A stretch of 62,345 bases of DNA, filler included, from an uncultured Thermoplasmatales archaeon (GCA_964517155.1; 4 parts of 4 records of this genome joined end to end with filler, not necessarily neighbours in it), one strand, 5' to 3'; counted from the first letter of the whole stretch, positions 10,759 to 20,410 are shown. A program made the numbers and translations. The notes: generated by a model from the sequence alone, not told the origin.

Positions 10759-10926
10759 TTATAATGATATTGCTTCTACTGGGCATTCATCAACACATGT
10801 ACCACAATCAATGCAGACGTCTGGGTCGACTTTTGCTTTTCCATCTATTTTTAGTGCAGCTACTGGACATGCATCTACACATGCTCCGCATGCTGTACAT
10901 TTTTCTTCATCTATTGTTACTGCCAT
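10759..10926 (-). CDS. 2[4Fe-4S] ferredoxin, 55 aa (absent from the ORF track)
   Basis: Translated by hand: MAVTIDEEKCTACGACVDACPVAALKIDGKAKVDPDVCIDCGTCVDECPVEAISL, with two CxxCxxCxxxCP motifs. Confidence 0.95.
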   Translation of the reverse strand: MAVTIDEEKCTACGACVDACPVAALKIDGKAKVDPDVCIDCGTCVDECPVEAISL

Positions 10927-11016
10927 GTTTTGGGGCATATGTTTGACTTGTTTTAATATTTTTCGAATAAAAATTCACACTTTTTTTATACTAATAAATT
11001 ATTTTGTTTTTTTATA

Positions 11017-11493
11017 ATGAAACATTCTTTGCAGGTAGGTTTTAGTTTTGGTATTACCTCTGGGATTATCACTACTTTAGGTTTGTTAGCTGGTCTCAGC
11101 TCGGGCACTAATTCAAAGCTTGCAGTAATCGGAGGTATTTTAACTATTGCTATTGCTGATTCTTTATCTGATGCTATGGGAATTCATATATCTGAAGAAT
11201 CTGAAAATAGGCATAGTAATAGAGAAATTTGGGAATCAACTTTTTCTACTTTCTTTTGTAAGTTTGTAATTGCTGTATCTTTTGTTTTACCTGTTTTGTT
11301 TTTTGATTTAAAATATGCTACATTGATTTGTGTTTTTTGGGGTTTTTCTCTGCTTTGTATTTTTAGTTATTTTATTGCAAAAAACAACAAAGATCGGGTT
11401 GTACATGTTGTTTTTGAACATTTAGCAATTGGTGTTTTAGTAATTATTCTTGCACATTATGTAGGTGTTTTAATCTCCAATATCTATTTTTGA
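11017..11493 (+). CDS. VIT1/CCC1-family membrane protein
   Basis: FGITSGIITTLG, IADSLSDAMGIHISEESE; multiple TM helices. Confidence 0.85.
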   Translation: MKHSLQVGFSFGITSGIITTLGLLAGLSSGTNSKLAVIGGILTIAIADSLSDAMGIHISEESENRHSNREIWESTFSTFFCKFVIAVSFVLPVLFFDLKYATLICVFWGFSLLCIFSYFIAKNNKDRVVHVVFEHLAIGVLVIILAHYVGVLISNIYF

Positions 11494-11596
11494 GTATTAA
11501 CTAACTTTAAAAAAAATGTGAGATTTGGACGATATAATCGTCCTTAATATCTCTTGATTATATCGCTTTCCTAGTTTTCAATGTTAGATGTATAAC

Positions 11597-11719
11597 TCAT
11601 CCATCTAATCTTGTAAACTTTGCTCTTCGAAAGTCATCTTCTTCTAATGCTTGAAGTCGTTTTCTTATAATATAGTCCCTATCGTTTTCAAAGACTGTAA
11701 ATTCTCTGTTTATATTCAT
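11597..11719 (-). CDS. Small hypothetical protein, 40 aa
   Basis: MNINREFTVFENDRDYIIRKRLQALEEDDFRRAKFTRLDG preceded by an AGGTGA RBS. Confidence 0.5.
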   Translation of the reverse strand: MNINREFTVFENDRDYIIRKRLQALEEDDFRRAKFTRLDG

Positions 11720-11785
11720 TGATTTCACCTGTCCTTTCCAAAATTTGTTGGATGATAATAGTATATGCTAAGTAGTATATATCAT

Positions 11786-11835
11786 TGTGTACAAAGGTAT
11801 ATATGTGTGTAAAATTATTACATATTTGTGTAAAA
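11786..11835 (+). repeat. Three direct repeats TGTGTA(A/C)AA at 20-21 bp spacing; putative RHH operator
   Basis: Copies start at 11786, 11806 and 11827; the last ends just before the ATG at 11837. Confidence 0.55.
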
Positions 11836-11836
11836 C

Positions 11837-11983
11837 ATGGTAAAAAGAATAAGAATGAACATTTCTTTAACAAAAGAAGAAAACGCGCTCATCAAAAAAC
11901 TCGCGAAAGAAGAAGAAAGACCATATAGTAGACAAATAGTTTACATGATGAATTTTTACATAAAAAATAATAAGAAAAAATGA
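11837..11983 (+). CDS. Ribbon-helix-helix (CopG/Arc-like) protein, 48 aa (absent from the ORF track)
   Basis: MVKRIRMNISLTKEENALIKKLAKEEERPYSRQIVYMMNFYIK: alternating beta-strand then two helices. Confidence 0.7.
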   Translation: MVKRIRMNISLTKEENALIKKLAKEEERPYSRQIVYMMNFYIKNNKKK

Positions 11984-11993
11984 GGCAAAATAA

Positions 11994-12191
11994 ATGAAAT
12001 ATATATGTAATCAATGTGCTAAAGTTTTTCAAGCTGAGGACATAACCATTCATTATACAAAGGGTTCCAATGGATTAGAAATTGTTTCTATTTGTAAATT
12101 TTGTTTAGAAGATTACATGGAGAAAACAAAGATAGATACTGATAAAAAAGACGATAATGCTGAAAGAATGGAAATGAAAAGAAAATGGTAG
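11994..12191 (+). CDS. Small zinc-ribbon protein
   Basis: CNQC...CKFC; GAGG RBS. Confidence 0.6.
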   Translation: MKYICNQCAKVFQAEDITIHYTKGSNGLEIVSICKFCLEDYMEKTKIDTDKKDDNAERMEMKRKW

Positions 12192-12207
12192 AAGTGAAGA
12201 GAAAAAA

Positions 12208-12363
12208 ATGAGCAGCGATTTTGAAAGACATATGGATGAAAGAATTAGTGAAATGCGTGATAGGCTACGCAAGTCTAGATTAAAAAAGAAAGTAGAAGTT
12301 AGAATATTTGGACTACCTGCTGAAAAGGCAAAGAAAAACAAATATGAAATAAAGCCAAATTAA
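12208..12363 (+). CDS. Small basic hypothetical protein, 51 aa
   Basis: MSSDFERHMDERISEMRDRLRKSRLKKKVEVRIFGLPAEKAKKNKYEIKPN, co-oriented with the RHH and Zn-ribbon ORFs. Confidence 0.45.
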   Translation: MSSDFERHMDERISEMRDRLRKSRLKKKVEVRIFGLPAEKAKKNKYEIKPN

Positions 12364-12683
12364 AAGATATATCTATTATCCAATCTTTCTTGATTTTAGA
12401 TTTAATACAAGAAAAACAAATGAATTATCAAAAAAAGCAATATCATCATATAATACCATAATCAATAAATAAAAAATAAATTGATGATTTAAGAGGAAAA
12501 ACAGTTATTAATATGCCAAAAACCATTGCAATACATAGTTATTTAAGATAAGTCGTAGCTATACCTCTCTAGAAAGAAATAAAGCTGAGAGTTTCATTTT
12601 TCGTTTTTTTACGAGCTATCGAGATTTTTAATTTTTAATCTTTTATACACATTAGATGATATAATCTAAGGAGGTGAAAACAA

Positions 12684-12875
12684 ATGAAAGGAACTATAAA
12701 ATGGTACAACCCAATCAGAGGTTTTGGATTTATCCAAGGCGAAGATGGAAAAGACGTCTTTGTTCACTCTACAGCATTACCAACCGAAACAGATATTAAT
12801 CCAGATGATTCAGTTGAGTACACAATAGAAGAGTCAGAACGAGGGCTAAGAGCAATAAACGTAATAGTGTGTTAA
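12684..12875 (+). CDS. Cold-shock domain protein (CspA family)
   Basis: KGTIKWYN..RGFGFI (RNP1), DVFVH (RNP2); AGGAGGTGA RBS. Confidence 0.95.
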   Translation: MKGTIKWYNPIRGFGFIQGEDGKDVFVHSTALPTETDINPDDSVEYTIEESERGLRAINVIVC

Positions 12876-12913
12876 AAAGTACCCATATGATTTACAACCA
12901 TATTTTGGTTAAA

Positions 12914-12942
12914 TGCAATCTGTAGCATTATGCCAGATTGCA
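12914..12942 (+). terminator. Stem-loop downstream of the csp gene
   Basis: TGCAATCTG...CAGATTGCA inverted repeat, with a T-run near 12957-12964. Confidence 0.5.
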
Positions 12943-13105
12943 ATCTAACACATAACTTTTTTTTAAATTTTTCAGATTAGAATTATAACAGAAAAAGTCA
13001 ACAGACAAAGAATTTAAAAAAAATCAGAAATGAAATAGATATATTTTGAACACATCAAATTGGAAATGAGCAAAAATTTTATTCAACTGAATACATTTTG
13101 TATCC

Positions 13106-13438
13106 ATGCTTCAGCGCTTAATTACATCTAAAACAAGAGTCAAACTACTCACATTATTCTTTATGAATCCGGACAAAGAAATGTACATAAGAGAACTTGT
13201 TAGAAACACAGATGAAAACATAAACTCCATCCGCAGAGAGCTATCTAACTTGGAAGAAGCAGGTATGCATAGTGATATAGACTTATTTATCATAGGTACA
13301 GTAAATGAGAAAAAAATGATAATTAACATTAAAAAACTTGAGGAAAACTTCTCCCGTGAAATAAACTATGTTTTATTTAAAACAGAAAAAATCAAAAAAA
13401 GAATAAAAAAAAATTTAATATGGTGGTTCTTTAGATAG
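13106..13438 (+). pseudogene. wHTH plus minimal nucleotidyltransferase (MNT) gene with an in-frame internal deletion
   Basis: HTH (SKTRVKLL...YIRELVR...IRRELSNLEEAG) joined directly to SDIDLFIIG; the linker and GS motif are missing. Confidence 0.6.
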
Positions 13439-14152
13439 TTCAGATTGTTCAACTTTTTTATTTAGTTGATATTTTTTAACAATAGATCGGACTAAATCTA
13501 TAAACCAATCAGGAACACTAGGAGAAACAACAATTTTATCGATCAAGATGTTTAAATCTGTTTTAACATGAATTCCAAACCATTTTGGATCAACATATGA
13601 AATATGCTTTCCAATTCTTTCCTCTTGCGGGGAAGATTTCATGATAATTGCACGTAACTCTCTTTCATGTTCGAAGGCTTTGCGTTTATATAAAAATGGA
13701 TTGAAGATGTTTCCTTTAGTTGTAATATCCCTTGTATAATCAATGTATTTTACTTTACCGATAAAAATTTCATCTTCTTTATGAAGGCTGAAGCTATCTT
13801 TTAATCGTTTAAATGTTGATTTTATGGCGACACCTTCATTGCTTTGAAGGCATATTTCCCACATGGCAACTGATTCAATAGCATTTATATGCCAGCTGCT
13901 TATGTTAATATTTTTTCTGAATCTTTCATATATTTCCATATGATTCAATTTTGTCTTAGTTTTTAGTGCATCTTCCCAAAGTTTTATGTCTGCCTCGGTA
14001 AATTTTCCTTCATATTTATCAGATAATTGATCACTTCGAACAAAAAATAATGCATTTTTTTCTAAATATGATATAAACTTTGTGAAGTCTACATATCGCC
14101 AAATTATTGTATTATCTTCCGGTTCTTCAAATTCTGGGTTTTTTTGATACAT
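13415..14152 (-). CDS. DUF2971-like protein
   Basis: IWRYVDFTKF, DKYEG, ISSWH...ESVAMW, KRKAFEHERELR; GGTGGAG RBS before Met at 14152. Confidence 0.75.
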   Translation of the reverse strand: MYQKNPEFEEPEDNTIIWRYVDFTKFISYLEKNALFFVRSDQLSDKYEGKFTEADIKLWEDALKTKTKLNHMEIYERFRKNINISSWHINAIESVAMWEICLQSNEGVAIKSTFKRLKDSFSLHKEDEIFIGKVKYIDYTRDITTKGNIFNPFLYKRKAFEHERELRAIIMKSSPQEERIGKHISYVDPKWFGIHVKTDLNILIDKIVVSPSVPDWFIDLVRSIVKKYQLNKKVEQSELSKEPPY

Positions 14153-14518
14153 TTTTCTCCACCTAAAACAATATTTCAAAAACAGCTAGTCTTTTATAAA
14201 CCTCTTCTTAGTTAAAAATTAAATTATTTTTATTTCTAATTGAAAATATGGGTAACAATTGTTCAATATCATAAAAAGAGATTTATAAAAATAAAAAGAG
14301 AGATTTTGAGGTAAATCGTAAAGTATACTTAATAAAAATACAGAAAATCAGCATTTAAATCTATATTAGTTACTAAAGAGTAACTATCATGAATTTTGTT
14401 TTTTTGATTAATAACCAGATTGATTAGCTTTAAATTTAAAGAAAAACCAAAGAATAATTTCCCATTTTGCTATTTTGACAAGATAGCTTTTTATACAATT
14501 AATAAGAAATAGCGATAC

Positions 14519-15097
14519 TTGGTGGATGAAATGATAAAGAAATACATGTTAATGTTATCTATTTTATTTATAGTACTACTTTTTGCATCAACAAGTACTG
14601 CTTCATTTTCGTCTTATAAACAAAGAATATGTGAAAAATTTGGGGAAAACTCAGCTTTTTATAAAATGTTGGATAGATTTTTAGATACTTCATCGTACAA
14701 TAGTGATGAAGCAATAAATAACAATATACTAGATATATCTAAAGATGCCGCATTGGATGATGAACAAACTATAGATATAAATGGTGAAGAAGGAGCAACT
14801 CTAAATGAAGAAACAATAATCGATGAAAATGGAGAAGTTGGGGCTGCAAACGATGAGATAATAATTGAGGAAGGCGGCAGTGATAACAACGGAACTCTTG
14901 AATGTATAATTGAAATTATCACAGAACGAAATGGACAAATTGGGGAAATATTACAAAGAGTAATAAAAAGATCATATGTTTCCGAAGGCGGAGTAGAAAC
15001 TATCATCGAGGGTACTGTTATAAATGGATATATAGAAAAAGATAATGCGGAGAATACTGTTGTTGAACATGTCGTTCTTACATCTGATGATATATAG
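14519..15097 (+). CDS. Secreted acidic low-complexity protein
   Basis: Signal peptide; repeated (D/N)(D/E)E.(T/I)I..D/E..G motif. Confidence 0.6.
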   Translation: MVDEMIKKYMLMLSILFIVLLFASTSTASFSSYKQRICEKFGENSAFYKMLDRFLDTSSYNSDEAINNNILDISKDAALDDEQTIDINGEEGATLNEETIIDENGEVGAANDEIIIEEGGSDNNGTLECIIEIITERNGQIGEILQRVIKRSYVSEGGVETIIEGTVINGYIEKDNAENTVVEHVVLTSDDI

Positions 15098-15129
15098 AAT
15101 TTATGTATTAAAAATAAAGAATAGAAAAA

Positions 15130-16218
15130 TTATTTTTTAGGTTTAAATCCGTCTCTGAAAGCGCCACTTGTCGATTGAACTAAAACTGTTGCACCGCGCT
15201 CTTTTGCAATCTTTTTGGCTGCTTTTATAGCATTTTCTTGTGTCCTGTGATGGCTAAATATTTTACCATGGCTTCTTACTGCCCAGTCACCTCTTACTTG
15301 ACCCGGTTGAGGTTTGTTTACAACATATATTACGTTTGCAGGTTTTTTATATACTATTTCGCCTTTTGGCTCAGATTTTTTAGCTTTTGGCACCTCAACT
15401 TTAGAAGGCTCCTGTTTCTTAACCGGTTTTTTACCTTTCTTTCTAAGATACGGCAGTTTAGTTTTAGAGTTTACCCCTACTTCGTAACCATCAGGCATAA
15501 CACAAGCTGTACCACTTTTTGGCTTACCTTTGCAGAAGAAATAAATATCAATTTGGCGTCCAACGTTTTTAAGCTGAACTTTTCTTGTGTAAAGAGTATA
15601 ATCACCATATTTGAAAATTTTTGGTTTGCCTATTTTCTGAAGATATGGCATACCAGTTTTTTGGTTTACACCTACTTCGTAGCCTTCAGGCATATCACAG
15701 GGCGTACCACTTTTTGGAGTATGCGAGCTAAAGAAATAAATGTCTATTAATTTGCCTGTGTTCTTTAGATCTACTTGTCTGGTGTACAAAGTATAAGGGC
15801 CATATGTGAAAACTTTGATTTTTTCAAAGTATTGTTTTACATATGAACTCATCAGATACAGAACAATAAATACATATATTGCGAAAAATACTATGTTTTC
15901 AAAGACTCTGTTTCCAATTATTATTGCCCAAATAGGCCATATGCTTGCCCATATGCTAAATAGTATTGCAAATTTTCTAGCCCAGTCTTCACGTAGTATA
16001 AAACCTTGTATTATCTTATACAGTGAAAATACTACAACAATGTATAAGAAAAGGGTTACACCAGTATATGGTATATATCCAAGTGATTCAAGTGTATATC
16101 CATGAAATGGATATAATCCTGCAAATAAGTAGTCAAAGAAGAAATAGTATATTTCAAATAACAAGAATAATACTAAAAATAAGCTTATTCCCGGTGGCAT
16201 GTTTTTATCTTTAAACAT
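15130..16218 (-). CDS. Membrane protein: 4 TM helices, two tandem ~65-aa repeats, C-terminal DUF2188-like domain
   Basis: Repeat YTLYTRxVxLKN.G..IDIYFF...PKSGT.C.MP.GYEVGVN.KT..PYL occurs twice; C-terminus WAVRS...HRTQENAIKAAKKIA. Confidence 0.75.
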   Translation of the reverse strand: MFKDKNMPPGISLFLVLFLLFEIYYFFFDYLFAGLYPFHGYTLESLGYIPYTGVTLFLYIVVVFSLYKIIQGFILREDWARKFAILFSIWASIWPIWAIIIGNRVFENIVFFAIYVFIVLYLMSSYVKQYFEKIKVFTYGPYTLYTRQVDLKNTGKLIDIYFFSSHTPKSGTPCDMPEGYEVGVNQKTGMPYLQKIGKPKIFKYGDYTLYTRKVQLKNVGRQIDIYFFCKGKPKSGTACVMPDGYEVGVNSKTKLPYLRKKGKKPVKKQEPSKVEVPKAKKSEPKGEIVYKKPANVIYVVNKPQPGQVRGDWAVRSHGKIFSHHRTQENAIKAAKKIAKERGATVLVQSTSGAFRDGFKPKK

Positions 16219-18013
16219 ATATCTTCCTCCTGAAGAATAATAATCCTAACGCAGTAGTAATTGTAGTGCCTAATCCTGAGACTATGTACCAGAATAAACC
16301 GTCTTCTTCTCCACCTGTTGTATCTGATGGCTCGGTTTGGCCGTCATCTGTTTCTGTTGTATCATTTTCAGGAAGAGTATTTGAATCATCATCTATGCCA
16401 TCGCCGTCATCTGGCTCTACAGGAATTTCTTCACCTGTGTCTTTGTTTCTATTTCTTAAAAGATAAGTAATTCCAAGACCTGCGACTAATGCTGCAGCAA
16501 GGCGTTTATGATCGCGAATTGGAGTAAACTGTGATCGTATAACATTTATACTATCTGTGTTATTGTTGCCTTCTTTATCATATGCTTTTACACTAATTGT
16601 AAAGTTTTCTTTTTCACCTTTTGGTTTGAAAAGCCAGAGCCATGTATACGGCGCGTAGTTATCAGTGTGTTTAAGTTCTCCATTTATATAAAACTCTACT
16701 TTTTCTATTTCATTATCGCTTTCTGCTTTTACTTTTATTGTTATAGGGCCAATTATTTCGGTTTTATTATCAAGTTCTTTAAGTTTTATATTAAAGAAAT
16801 ATAAATGGTTAGCTTCAGGTTTTGTAATTTTTACGGTTGGTTTTTCTCCACCGTTTCCTGTGAAGTGTGCAGTTATTGTTTTATTTTCATTCATAACAAT
16901 TGTTTCTGTTGAATTATCACTTGAAAGATCTCCGCTCCAATGATCAAATACATAATCTGAGTCAATTAATGGTACTGCTTCTAAATCTACTGTAAATCCT
17001 TCAAGGAATAACTCGCCATCTGGATTTTTTATAACAGTGCCTTCTCCTTCAATGTTTATTGTAAGTGTAAATACAATATATGGATGGATTTGTTCGTCGT
17101 TTGGATCGTAGTATTTATCTGGTTTTCCATCTCCGTTGCTGTCATAGACCCATTCATATGTTCCATCGTAGTCTACATCAGTTATGAAAACGTTGCTTAG
17201 AATATTATCATCTGGATCCCAGTAACGCAGATACTGTCCGTTATCTGTCCCAATATCTATAAAATGATCAATTTTTCCGTCTCCATCGCCATCAAGTGAT
17301 TTAACTGCGTTTGAAGAGCCATCTGGATCTTTATAAAATTCATATCCATCTGAAAAATCAACATTTTTATCTATTGCTTCTTCTAAATTTCCATCGCCAT
17401 CTACGTCTTTGTATCTGGTATCATAACAGTCAGGGTCATCGCATTCAGATATAACTGTTGCCTGTGCACTGGCATTACGTTCTTGTCCGTAGCAGCTTTC
17501 TATAGCATTTACTTCTACGTTGTTTACAAGTGTACCTGTTGCCATTACCATTGCATCAAATTCAACGATTATACTATCGCCATCATATAGTATATCGCTT
17601 AGATCATAAAAATCCCAGGTTATTATTCTTTTATCTGTTGAGATAGTTGATGGTTCGTAATTTGAATTTCCTTTATATTCAAGCTCGGAGGGAAGTATAT
17701 CAGTTATTGTTATGTCTTTAAGCATGTATCCATTGGTTTCACCAGGGTATGAAGGTTCTCCATCCCAATCATGATATGTTACTTTTATTCTGAAACGTAT
17801 TTTTTCGCAAGGATGAGTATTATATGTGTTTACCCAGTTTTCATCGTTTTTTATTGTTTTTTCTAATATAATTGCATCTTCAGGGCTGCCTATTGACAAA
17901 GCTGTTAATCCATTAGATTTTATTTCAGTTGGTATTTCACATGCTGATGCTACTGGTAATAATATTGATATTATTAGTATCAAGCTTATAGTCATAGCAG
18001 GTATTTTTTTCAT
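16211..18013 (-). CDS. Membrane-anchored surface protein (DUF11-like, DxDGDG Ca-binding repeats, InlB-B-like repeat, Ig-like domain)
   Basis: Signal peptide; ITDILP; DVDGDG/DGDGDG/DSNGDG; FDHWSGD; VEFYING; C-terminal TM with RRK. Confidence 0.75.
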   Translation of the reverse strand: MKKIPAMTISLILIISILLPVASACEIPTEIKSNGLTALSIGSPEDAIILEKTIKNDENWVNTYNTHPCEKIRFRIKVTYHDWDGEPSYPGETNGYMLKDITITDILPSELEYKGNSNYEPSTISTDKRIITWDFYDLSDILYDGDSIIVEFDAMVMATGTLVNNVEVNAIESCYGQERNASAQATVISECDDPDCYDTRYKDVDGDGNLEEAIDKNVDFSDGYEFYKDPDGSSNAVKSLDGDGDGKIDHFIDIGTDNGQYLRYWDPDDNILSNVFITDVDYDGTYEWVYDSNGDGKPDKYYDPNDEQIHPYIVFTLTINIEGEGTVIKNPDGELFLEGFTVDLEAVPLIDSDYVFDHWSGDLSSDNSTETIVMNENKTITAHFTGNGGEKPTVKITKPEANHLYFFNIKLKELDNKTEIIGPITIKVKAESDNEIEKVEFYINGELKHTDNYAPYTWLWLFKPKGEKENFTISVKAYDKEGNNNTDSINVIRSQFTPIRDHKRLAAALVAGLGITYLLRNRNKDTGEEIPVEPDDGDGIDDDSNTLPENDTTETDDGQTEPSDTTGGEEDGLFWYIVSGLGTTITTALGLLFFRRKIYV

Positions 18014-18229
18014 TTTATATCAAGCCTCATTTTTATATAGTATAATTTTATATAAATATCTTCATATTTAAAGTTTGTTGTACAAACCTATTTAAAAAAA
18101 CTGATAAATATAGAAAAAACCAAAAAAATATCAATTCCAAAATAAATATAAAGCACGAACTTATAAAGGAAAATAATTCTGTGGGGGAAGAAAACTTTCA
18201 AAAATCTCTTAAAAAGAGGAGAAAATAAA

Positions 18230-19015
18230 ATGTCTACAAAAAAAGAATACATAAAAACAGGCATACCTGGTTTTGATAAATTATTCAAACATGGCATACC
18301 AAAAGGATCGCCTGTTATTCTTGCAGGTGGTACAGGGTCAGGTAAAACAATTTTTTGTTTACAATTACTTGCACATCAAGCCGCTCAAGGTAAAAATTGT
18401 TATTATATGAGTTTTGAAGAATCAAAAGAAAAATTAATAGAACATATGGATGAATTCGGCTGGGACCCTGAAAAACTTATACAATCAGGAAAAATAAAAA
18501 TCAGACGTTTTTTAACAAGTGAAATATATTATTACGACAAAGACAGTAAAATAGGTGGAGAAATCCAAGCAATGATGACAAAGGATGTAGATCCTTTACT
18601 TATGGAGCTGGAGCCACTTGCAGTTACTGAAGAAACTGGTTTTAAACCAGATTTTATTATTATTGATTCACTTACATCTATTTCATCTACATTTAAAGGC
18701 AAAGAACAATCATATAGATTTTACATAGAGCGCTTATTTAGATTCTTTGAAAAAATTGGCAGCACAAATTTTTTGATAACTGAGACTAAACAAATTCCTG
18801 AGGTTTTTTCACCAACAGGTGTTGAAGAATTTTTAGCAGATGGTGTTATTGTTTTTTACAGTATAAGAAAAAACAATATCAGAGAAAATGCTGTTGAAGT
18901 TCTAAAGATGCGTGGTGAAACACATGAAAAGAAAATTGTTGCAATGCAGATTACAGATAAAGGAATAGTAGTGCATCCTGACCAAGAAGTTTTTGGCGCT
19001 ATTGATATTAAATAA
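18230..19015 (+). CDS. KaiC-like (RAD55/GvpD) RecA-superfamily ATPase
   Basis: TGIPGFD, GGTGSGKT, SFEE, IIIDS, EEFLADGVI, VLKMRG. Confidence 0.92.
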   Translation: MSTKKEYIKTGIPGFDKLFKHGIPKGSPVILAGGTGSGKTIFCLQLLAHQAAQGKNCYYMSFEESKEKLIEHMDEFGWDPEKLIQSGKIKIRRFLTSEIYYYDKDSKIGGEIQAMMTKDVDPLLMELEPLAVTEETGFKPDFIIIDSLTSISSTFKGKEQSYRFYIERLFRFFEKIGSTNFLITETKQIPEVFSPTGVEEFLADGVIVFYSIRKNNIRENAVEVLKMRGETHEKKIVAMQITDKGIVVHPDQEVFGAIDIK

Positions 19016-19077
19016 TTTTGCTAATTTGCTTCAGGAATCTTTATATATTATATATATACTTACATATATTGATAGGG

Positions 19078-19716
19078 ATGCTTAAAACAGATAAGTATTA
19101 TGGTGAGGATGAAGCTAAAAATCATCTAATAAATGATTCGTTTACAAATAATATCTGCAAAAATAACAAAAGTGGAACCTTTTTATTGGAACTTCCTTCA
19201 GATGATTACTTTGTTGCAAGTAGTGCTTCTGTTAAATGTCTTACTGAAAAAGGCTATAAAGGCATTTATCTTAGTTTTCAGCGGCCTTTTGAAAATATTT
19301 ATAATTTATTTGATAAATATGAGATTAACAACGATAACGTTGTAATTATTGATTGTGCAAATTCCAAAGAAGATTTTGTAAATATATCTTCTTTTGATAA
19401 TGATAAATTATGCAAAAAAATTACTGATTGTCTCAAAGATTTAAAGGGTGAAAAAAAGTTTGTTTTTATTGATTCTTTAACTACTATTGCTCTTTATAAA
19501 AAAGAATCTGAGATTAAAAAATTAGCAAAAACATTAATTGAACTAAAAAACAGCAAACATTTTGATAATTTGTTAATTCTTTTCAATGTATCTGAAGAAC
19601 TTTCTTCTAAAAGATTTGTAAAGGATATTTCGTCTTATGCTGATGACATCATTAATGTTTCAGATTCTAATAAAAAATATTCAAGAGATGTTATAAAGCC
19701 TGGCGTATGCACTTAA
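19078..19716 (+). CDS. Degenerate KaiC/RecA-like ATPase-fold protein lacking Walker A
   Basis: IYLSFQRP, IIDC and FIDSLTT retained; no P-loop; start uncertain. Confidence 0.65.
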   Translation: MLKTDKYYGEDEAKNHLINDSFTNNICKNNKSGTFLLELPSDDYFVASSASVKCLTEKGYKGIYLSFQRPFENIYNLFDKYEINNDNVVIIDCANSKEDFVNISSFDNDKLCKKITDCLKDLKGEKKFVFIDSLTTIALYKKESEIKKLAKTLIELKNSKHFDNLLILFNVSEELSSKRFVKDISSYADDIINVSDSNKKYSRDVIKPGVCT

Positions 19717-19863
19717 AAGCCTAGGTTTTTATAGTAAAATTTGTTTTTAGTCAGCTACAATTGGTTTAAAAAAGGGGAGAATTGCGTTAAAACCATAGCA
19801 AGATATAAATATTATAGAAATCATAGAATAATAAATTGAATTGTTTAAAAAATGTGAAAAAAT

Positions 19864-20145
19864 ATGATTAATATCGAAAAACTAGTATCTGAATTAAAGG
19901 ATCTTCCTGAAGATTCTATTGTACTTATTGAAACATGTGCAGATAACGTGTTTCAAGTTGCTCTGGCAGCAGTTAAAATACTTACTGAGAAAAATGATTC
20001 AGGCATGGTTATTTCTGCCAGTAGGCCTTATGCTAATCTTCTTACAAACTATAAAAGAAACAATATTGATACAAAAAAAGTCTTTATTTTAGATTTACTT
20101 TCTAAAAATCATAACGCAGATATTGTTGCAGAAAACGTTATGTTT
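19864..20145 (+). CDS. Second degenerate KaiC-like protein, truncated by the assembly gap
   Basis: VISASRPY...IDTKKVFILD parallels the previous ORF. Confidence 0.6.
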
Positions 20146-20245
20146 NNNNNNNNNNNNNNNNNNNNNNNNNNNNNNNNNNNNNNNNNNNNTTAATTAATTA
20201 ANNNNNNNNNNNNNNNNNNNNNNNNNNNNNNNNNNNNNNNNNNNN
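20146..20245. other. Artificial contig linker
   Basis: N44-TTAATTAATTAA-N44; stop codons in all six frames. Confidence 0.97.
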
Positions 20246-20410
20246 TTCTTCTTATATAATGTGGTTTACAGGAGTAAAAAACCTAAAAATTTGACAAAGT
20301 TTTTCTATTTATAATAAATTATTTGTATACTTTCGGAACTACTAAATCTTTGATAAGTTATTTATAAGGCTATATTTTTACGGTGTTGACTAAGCTTAGG
20401 TGAAAAAACA

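Noticed and set aside
10715..11017. 100-aa plus-strand ORF in the track
   Set aside because: Antisense shadow of the real ferredoxin at 10759-10926 on the minus strand
20190..20201. Palindromic TTAATTAATTAA repeated three times in the window
   Set aside because: Embedded in N-runs; a synthetic six-frame stop linker, not a biological repeat
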